Shown here one piece after another: positions 26,860-32,329 of a stretch of 32,329 bases of DNA (positions are counted from its first letter, which is position 1; each line of letters starts with the position of its first letter). The position numbers and the translations under genes were made by a program. The notes under the pieces were generated by a model that saw nothing but the letters and a program-made list of their open reading frames with translations, was not told the DNA's origin and made no database searches. The stretch lies in sequence record SRR9188677_79. One strand, written 5' to 3'.

Positions 26860-28488
26860 TCAAGTCTTTATTCTTATCAATACCCCTTCATCACCACTCA
26901 AAGTCATGGTTCCCTCTACACTTGATCCGATCCTTTCTGTTTCTGTGCTGAGAATTATTTCCCCAGTGTAGACATCCGCCGGCTTGAAATAACAGGGTCT
27001 GTGACTTAAATTCAGCAGGATCAAAAATTTGCCGGAATAATGCGTGCGAGTATAAGCGAGCATTTGCTTATCCGAATAAACGGGGCTATAAGTTCCGACC
27101 TGCAAAGCCGGCTCGTGCTTTCTTATTTCAATTAGCTTATGATAAAATGAAAGCATTGAATAAGCATTGTCCTTCTCCGTTTCCACATTAATCCGACGGA
27201 AATTATCGGGCAATCTTAACCACGGCTGACGATTGGAGAATCCGGCGTAGATTCCGTCATTCCATTGCATCGGTGTCCGGCTCGGATCGCGGCTTACATT
27301 TAAATCGGGCATGTTGAGCCCTTGCGGATCCACAATTTCGTCCATAGGGATTGGCACATCGCGCATTCCGATTTCGTCGCCGTAATAAACCGTGGGAGTT
27401 CCCCGCAGCGTTAGCAGCAACATGGCTGCGACTCGCGCCTGTGACCTGCCTACACGGCTGGAAATTCTGGGTTGGTCGTGGTTTCCTAACACCCAGTTTG
27501 GCCAGCCTTCATCTGGCAAAGCACCCTCGTATTCGTCTATAATAGCCGCGATTTTCAAGGAATCCCATGCAGAAGTAAGTAGCTGAAAATTGAATGGCAA
27601 ATGTGCACCCTTTTTGTCGTGACCATAATAAGTAACAAGCTTATGGATCGGAAGATATATCTCGCCGATCAGTACACGCTCGTCATACTGGTCCGTAACC
27701 CGCCTCATCATACGCACAATGTCGTGCACTTCCGGCTGGTCGGTTGAATACACAGGGCTGTAATGGTCATATATCAAATCGTTCGCATGAAACCAGGAAT
27801 CTGGCGAAACGGGATTATTGCGTAGTTGCAGATCCTTGATCATGTGCCACATCACGTCCACACGAAAGCCGTCGATTCCTTTATCAAGCCAGAAAGTCAT
27901 CACTTTTAGCATCGCCTCCTGCACTTCCGGATTACGCCAGTTCAGGTCAGGCTGTTCTTTCAGAAATGCATGGTAATAGTATTGTTCAGTTGTTTCATCC
28001 CATTCCCATGCATGCCCGCCGAATACGCTGAGCCAGTTGTTGGGAAGTTCGCCATTCTCTTTCGCATCCTGCCAAATGTACCAGTCGCGTTTAGGGTTAT
28101 CCCGTGAAGATTTAGATTCTAAAAACCAGGGATGCTGATCGGAGGTGTGATTAGGGACAAGATCCAGGATGAGCTTCATGCCGCGACGATGAACTTCTTC
28201 CAAAAGATCGTCAAAATCGTCCATGGTCCCGAACAAAGGATGGATTCCGGTATAGTCCGAAATGTCGTAGCCGAAGTCAGCCATAGGCGACGGGAAGATT
28301 GGAGAAAGCCAAATACAGTCGACGCCAAGCCATTGCAGGTAATCCAGCTTGCTTAAAATTCCTCTGAGATCGCCAATTCCATCATCATTTGAGTCCCGAA
28401 ATGAACGTGGATAAATTTGGTATATCACCCCATTCTTCCACCAAACATATTTTTGCTCTTGTGTTTCAATGGCTTTTGGATCACTCAT
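26860..28488 (-). CDS. GH13 alpha-glucosidase (oligo-1,6-glucosidase-like)
   Basis: YQIYPRSF, DLVPNH, QPDLN, GFRVDV (nucleophile followed by Val, typical of alpha-1,6-active members), IGEIY, LGNHD. Confidence 0.92.
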   Translation of the reverse strand: MSDPKAIETQEQKYVWWKNGVIYQIYPRSFRDSNDDGIGDLRGILSKLDYLQWLGVDCIWLSPIFPSPMADFGYDISDYTGIHPLFGTMDDFDDLLEEVHRRGMKLILDLVPNHTSDQHPWFLESKSSRDNPKRDWYIWQDAKENGELPNNWLSVFGGHAWEWDETTEQYYYHAFLKEQPDLNWRNPEVQEAMLKVMTFWLDKGIDGFRVDVMWHMIKDLQLRNNPVSPDSWFHANDLIYDHYSPVYSTDQPEVHDIVRMMRRVTDQYDERVLIGEIYLPIHKLVTYYGHDKKGAHLPFNFQLLTSAWDSLKIAAIIDEYEGALPDEGWPNWVLGNHDQPRISSRVGRSQARVAAMLLLTLRGTPTVYYGDEIGMRDVPIPMDEIVDPQGLNMPDLNVSRDPSRTPMQWNDGIYAGFSNRQPWLRLPDNFRRINVETEKDNAYSMLSFYHKLIEIRKHEPALQVGTYSPVYSDKQMLAYTRTHYSGKFLILLNLSHRPCYFKPADVYTGEIILSTETERIGSSVEGTMTLSGDEGVLIRIKT

Positions 28489-28530
28489 AAGGCTGCTATT
28501 TCACTGTTTATACAAAAAATTTTCACGAGC

Positions 28531-28545
28531 TAAAAAATCAAGCCA
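28531..28545 (-). promoter_or_regulatory. sigma54-like motif TGGCTT-N5-TTTA upstream of the alpha-glucosidase gene
   Basis: Reverse complement TGGCTTGATTTTTTA, 42 nt upstream of the start. Confidence 0.45.
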
Positions 28546-28591
28546 GTATAGGATTAAACATGAAATTGTTAAGAAATTAATGATATCGCGA

Positions 28592-28606
28592 TGGCATAAT
28601 TTTTAA
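28592..28606 (+). promoter_or_regulatory. sigma54-like motif TGGCAT-N5-TTAA upstream of treZ
   Basis: TGGCATAATTTTTAA, 62 nt upstream of the ATG. Confidence 0.55.
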
Positions 28607-28668
28607 AGAAGTGGGGAAAAAAATTTCACCATATCTGTCGCATAGCCGATTGACTTAGTCCACAAAAG

Positions 28669-30504
28669 ATGAAATTTATTGGTGCCAACTATTCTGAAAG
28701 CCGCTGTGAATTTAGTGTTTGGGCCCCTGAAAAGGAGTCGATCTCTTTGTTAGTGGTGCACACAGGGGAGAAAATTGAGATGGAGAAAGACGAGGCTGGC
28801 TATTTTTATGTAACCCTGGAAAACGTTCCGGCAGATTTGCAGTATAAGTTTGTGCTTGAAAATTCAGACGAAGCATATCCTGATCCCGCGTCCCAATTCC
28901 AGCCGGAAGGTGTACACGGGCCATCACAAGTTGTGGATCATCAGGCTTATGCCTGGGAAAATACATCCTGGACCGGCATTCCGCTGAAAGAGCTCATTTT
29001 TTACGAGCTGCATGTAGGGACATTTACGACCGAAGGTACTTTTGAAGCCATTATTCCCAAATTGGATGGTCTTGCAGATGTTGGTATCAATGCGATTGAA
29101 CTCATGCCCGTGTGTCAGTTTCCCGGAACCCGAAACTGGGGTTACGACGGCGTATTTCCATATGCCGTTCAGAACTCTTATGGCGGACCGGAACAATTGA
29201 AAAAGCTGGTAGACGCAGCCCACGGCAAGGGAATCGCTGTTTTTCTGGATGTTATTTTCAACCACATCGGGCCGGAAGGCAATTACTTTCCAATATTTGG
29301 GCCCTATTTCACCGCTACTTACTGCACTCCCTGGGGAAATGCGATCAATCTCGACGGCGCCTGGTCCGATGGTGTGCGTGACTATTTTGCCAATACCATT
29401 TTTCACTGGTACGGAAACTATCATATCGACGGATTACGCGTAGATGCCGTGCACATGATGTTTGATAGTGGCGCAGTCCATTTTTGGGAGCTGGTGAATA
29501 GCAGGCTGAATCAATACAGACAGCAACTAGGAAGAGATTTTTACCTGATCGCTGAGTGTGACAATAACACTCCGAGAGTTGTAAAAGCTCCGGAGTACGG
29601 AGGGTGGGGCTTCGACGGACAATGGCTGGACGATTTTCATCATGCACTTTATGTATTGCTGGATCCGGCGGGTGCTGACCGGTATGAGGATTTTGGGCAA
29701 ATGGAGCAACTCGCGAAAGCATACACCGATGGTTTCGTGCACAGTGGCGAGTATGTAAAGTTCCGCAAAAGGAAACATGGCTCATCTTCCGTTGGCCTAC
29801 CCGGGGAAAAATTCGTGATTTTCAATAGTAATCATGATCAGGTCGGAAACCGGGTACACGGAGAAAGGCTGAGTATGCTGGTCGATTTTGAGCGGCAGAA
29901 AATTGCAGCTGCGGCGATTCTGCTGGCTCCGTATTTACCGTTACTATTTATGGGGGAGGAATTCGCCGCTGATTCTCCGTTCTTTTATTTCGTAGGCCAC
30001 TCCGATGAAAATCTTATCAGGATGGTGGTTGAAGGGAGGCGAAAAGAGTTTGAAAATTACAAATGGGATGCCGATCCGCCGAATCCTCAGGACGAGGCTA
30101 CGTTTGAGCGATCCAGGTTGGATTGGAGCAAGAGAAATGAGGGTTCCCATCAGATCATGCTCAATTGGAATAAGGCACTCATCGCATTAAGACGTTCAAA
30201 TCCTGCCTTGCAGAATTTTAATAAAAACGATGTGCGGGTAACTCTGTTTGGAGAACGGGGATTTGTTTTGCACAGGAGAAGCGATGACGAAAATCACGAG
30301 CTGCTATGCATTTTCAATCTTGGTGAAGAGGTTTTGTCGTGGCTGCTACCTGCGAAAAAGCAGCGATGGAATAAAGTGATTGATTCAAAAAAGAAGGTTT
30401 GGATGGAAAACGGCGAAGGCTTTGATTTCGCAGATATCATGAACGGAGGTGATTTACTTCAAGTTTCAGGGGTAAGTCTGGTCGTTTATGAGGGTGAAGT
30501 ATAA
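28669..30504 (+). CDS. treZ: Malto-oligosyltrehalose trehalohydrolase
   Basis: FSVWAP, PDPASQFQPEGVHGPS, YELHVGTF, WGYDG, DGLRVDAVH, NHDQVGNR, PLLFMGEE. Confidence 0.95.
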   Translation: MKFIGANYSESRCEFSVWAPEKESISLLVVHTGEKIEMEKDEAGYFYVTLENVPADLQYKFVLENSDEAYPDPASQFQPEGVHGPSQVVDHQAYAWENTSWTGIPLKELIFYELHVGTFTTEGTFEAIIPKLDGLADVGINAIELMPVCQFPGTRNWGYDGVFPYAVQNSYGGPEQLKKLVDAAHGKGIAVFLDVIFNHIGPEGNYFPIFGPYFTATYCTPWGNAINLDGAWSDGVRDYFANTIFHWYGNYHIDGLRVDAVHMMFDSGAVHFWELVNSRLNQYRQQLGRDFYLIAECDNNTPRVVKAPEYGGWGFDGQWLDDFHHALYVLLDPAGADRYEDFGQMEQLAKAYTDGFVHSGEYVKFRKRKHGSSSVGLPGEKFVIFNSNHDQVGNRVHGERLSMLVDFERQKIAAAAILLAPYLPLLFMGEEFAADSPFFYFVGHSDENLIRMVVEGRRKEFENYKWDADPPNPQDEATFERSRLDWSKRNEGSHQIMLNWNKALIALRRSNPALQNFNKNDVRVTLFGERGFVLHRRSDDENHELLCIFNLGEEVLSWLLPAKKQRWNKVIDSKKKVWMENGEGFDFADIMNGGDLLQVSGVSLVVYEGEV

Positions 30505-30567
30505 CATGTAAACAAAATAATTGCAGTGCAGGACCGCAAAAAATAGTACTCAACTAAAATTTAAATA

Positions 30568-32286
30568 ATGAAATACATCACCACTGGTTTGACCATTTTT
30601 TTAGTCTTTTTCTTCGGGCTTTCATTAGCACAGGACAGAGTTGCTCCTGTGAAGTTTAAGGAGAATTATTGGTATAAGAATAGCGTCATTTATAATTTGG
30701 AAGTTGGCGCTTTTAAGGACAGCGACGGGGACGGGCGAGGGGATCTCAACGGATTGATCCAAAAGCTGGACTACCTTAAATCGATGGGCGTTGATGTCAT
30801 TTGGCTGGCTCCCTTTCAGCCCTCACCCGGTGAGGACGATGGTTACGACGTCGCTGATTTTTACGGTGTGGACAAAAGGCTCGGTACAAGCGGCGACTTT
30901 GCCGAGTTTATGCATCAGGCAGAAAAGCGGGGTATCAGGGTGATTATGGATCTGGTAATCAATCACACTTCCGACCAGCATCCGTGGTTCCAGGCTTCGC
31001 GGGCAAGCAAAACAGGCAAGTACAGGAACTGGTACGTGTGGTCCAAGGAGCTACCAAAGGATTATGATGAAGGAATGGTGTTCCCGGGCGTACAGAAAGC
31101 AGTGTGGGATCTGGACGAAAAAACCGGGGAGTACTACTATCATCGGTTTTACAAATTTCAGCCCGATTTGAATTTTGCAAATCCGGAAGTTGCACAGGAG
31201 AGTCAGCGAATTATTGGTTACTGGTTAAATCAAGGCATTTCTGGTTTCAGGTTGGATGCAGTTCCCTTCATTATCGAAGTCCCCAAGACTGGAAGTGATA
31301 AGCCTAAACTGGACTTTAAATTTCTGACTGATTTGCGCCAATTTGCTCAGTCCAGAAAGGCGGATGTAGCTATCCTGGGGGAGGCGAATGTATTACCGGA
31401 CGAAAACGTAAACTACTTCGGTAAAAATGGGGAGGGAATTCAATTGATGTTTAATTTTTATGCGAATCAGCATCTAATTTATGCATTGGCTACGGGTGAT
31501 TTGAAGCCGTTTATCAAAGCAATCGAACAGACCAAAGACATTCCGGATGCATCGCAATGGGCACATTTTTTAAGAAATCATGATGAGATCGATCTTGGTC
31601 GGTTGTCCGACAAGCAACGTAATGAGGTTTATAAAAAAATGGGTCCGGACACGAACATGCAGTTGTATGACAGAGGAATACGTCGTCGGCTTGCACCTAT
31701 GTTAAGCAATAACAGGAAGCACATCGAGCTGGCGTACAGTCTGTTATTTTCGCTTCCAGGTTCTCCTGTTATCCGGTATGGCGAAGAATTGGGCATGGGC
31801 GATGACCTCCGTCTGAAAGAAAGATTGTCGGTTAGAACGCCGATGCAATGGAGCGATGGAAAGAATGCGGGTTTCTCAACTTCTGACACGTTGTATCGTC
31901 CGGTAATTAGTACGGGAGAGTACGGTTACCAAAACCTTAATGTAGCCAAACAGTTCCGGGACCCGCAATCGCTGATGAACTGGACTGCAAAAATGATCAA
32001 ATTGAGGAAAGCATGTCCGGAAATCGGACTTGGTGAATATTCCGTATTTGATGCCGGCTCACCTGATGTTTTAGGAATTCGTTACAATTATGAGGGCAGA
32101 TCTTTGGTAGTGCTTCACAATTTTAATGAACAGCCGCGTCAGGCTGCATTTGCCGCTGAGAAATCAAACACACTTTTCGACCTGATGTCCGATAAACTGG
32201 ATAAAAAACCAGTGAACGGAAAGTATTCTGTTTCACTGGAAGGGTATGGGTACAAGTGGTATAGGGTTGATGAAATTGCTCCTTGA
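30568..32286 (+). CDS. Trehalose synthase (TreS)-like GH13 enzyme carrying an N-terminal signal peptide
   Basis: WYKNSVIY, DDGYDV, HRFYKFQPDLN, GFRLDAVPF, GEAN, FLRNHDE, GIRRRLAPM; leader MKYITTGLTIFLVFFFGLSLA|Q. Confidence 0.85.
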   Translation: MKYITTGLTIFLVFFFGLSLAQDRVAPVKFKENYWYKNSVIYNLEVGAFKDSDGDGRGDLNGLIQKLDYLKSMGVDVIWLAPFQPSPGEDDGYDVADFYGVDKRLGTSGDFAEFMHQAEKRGIRVIMDLVINHTSDQHPWFQASRASKTGKYRNWYVWSKELPKDYDEGMVFPGVQKAVWDLDEKTGEYYYHRFYKFQPDLNFANPEVAQESQRIIGYWLNQGISGFRLDAVPFIIEVPKTGSDKPKLDFKFLTDLRQFAQSRKADVAILGEANVLPDENVNYFGKNGEGIQLMFNFYANQHLIYALATGDLKPFIKAIEQTKDIPDASQWAHFLRNHDEIDLGRLSDKQRNEVYKKMGPDTNMQLYDRGIRRRLAPMLSNNRKHIELAYSLLFSLPGSPVIRYGEELGMGDDLRLKERLSVRTPMQWSDGKNAGFSTSDTLYRPVISTGEYGYQNLNVAKQFRDPQSLMNWTAKMIKLRKACPEIGLGEYSVFDAGSPDVLGIRYNYEGRSLVVLHNFNEQPRQAAFAAEKSNTLFDLMSDKLDKKPVNGKYSVSLEGYGYKWYRVDEIAP

Positions 32287-32292
32287 TTGTTT

Positions 32293-32329
32293 GTGAGAGG
32301 TGAAATGTGAAATGTGAAATGTGAGAAGT
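32293..32329 (+). repeat. Tandem 7-bp repeat GTGA(A/G)A(T/G/A), truncated by the window end
   Basis: GTGAGAG GTGAAAT GTGAAAT GTGAAAT GTGAGAA GT. Confidence 0.7.

Noticed and set aside
461-31889. The many short ORFs nested in or antisense to the large genes
   Set aside because: They overlap confidently assigned CDSs and show no recognisable motifs
1-32329. CRISPR arrays, IS elements, integrases, prophage, tRNA, rRNA or anti-phage defence genes
   Set aside because: No repeat-spacer structure, transposase or integrase motifs, RNA gene signatures or defence domains were recognised

Overview
Chromosomal window from a Bacteroidota organism (several TAnnTTTG -7 promoter boxes, signal peptides followed by Gln; gene content suggests a soil/plant-associated Cytophagales, which is inference). 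Left: a histidine kinase whose membrane domain carries all seven residues needed for ethylene binding in plant ETR1 at identical spacing, coupled to a stand-alone receiver. It is followed by a likely operon encoding a cupredoxin-fused PVC-type dehydrogenase-like protein with no CxxCH, a VOC protein and an FG-GAP propeller. Middle: an orphan TPR histidine kinase, a candidate ~100-nt sRNA divergent from purL, purL, small Lys-rich proteins, DUF2911 and a TetR/SDR pair with two matching operators. Right: a stress/alpha-glucan-trehalose cluster (glgX, DUF748, YodC-like, YflT-like, orphan CheB, ferritin-like, alpha-glucosidase, treZ, signal-peptide-bearing TreS-like). Many stress-type genes share an upstream sigma54-like GG(C/T)-N-TT motif. 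No mobile elements, CRISPR arrays, rRNA or tRNA were seen. All calls come from reading motifs by eye; no searches were run.
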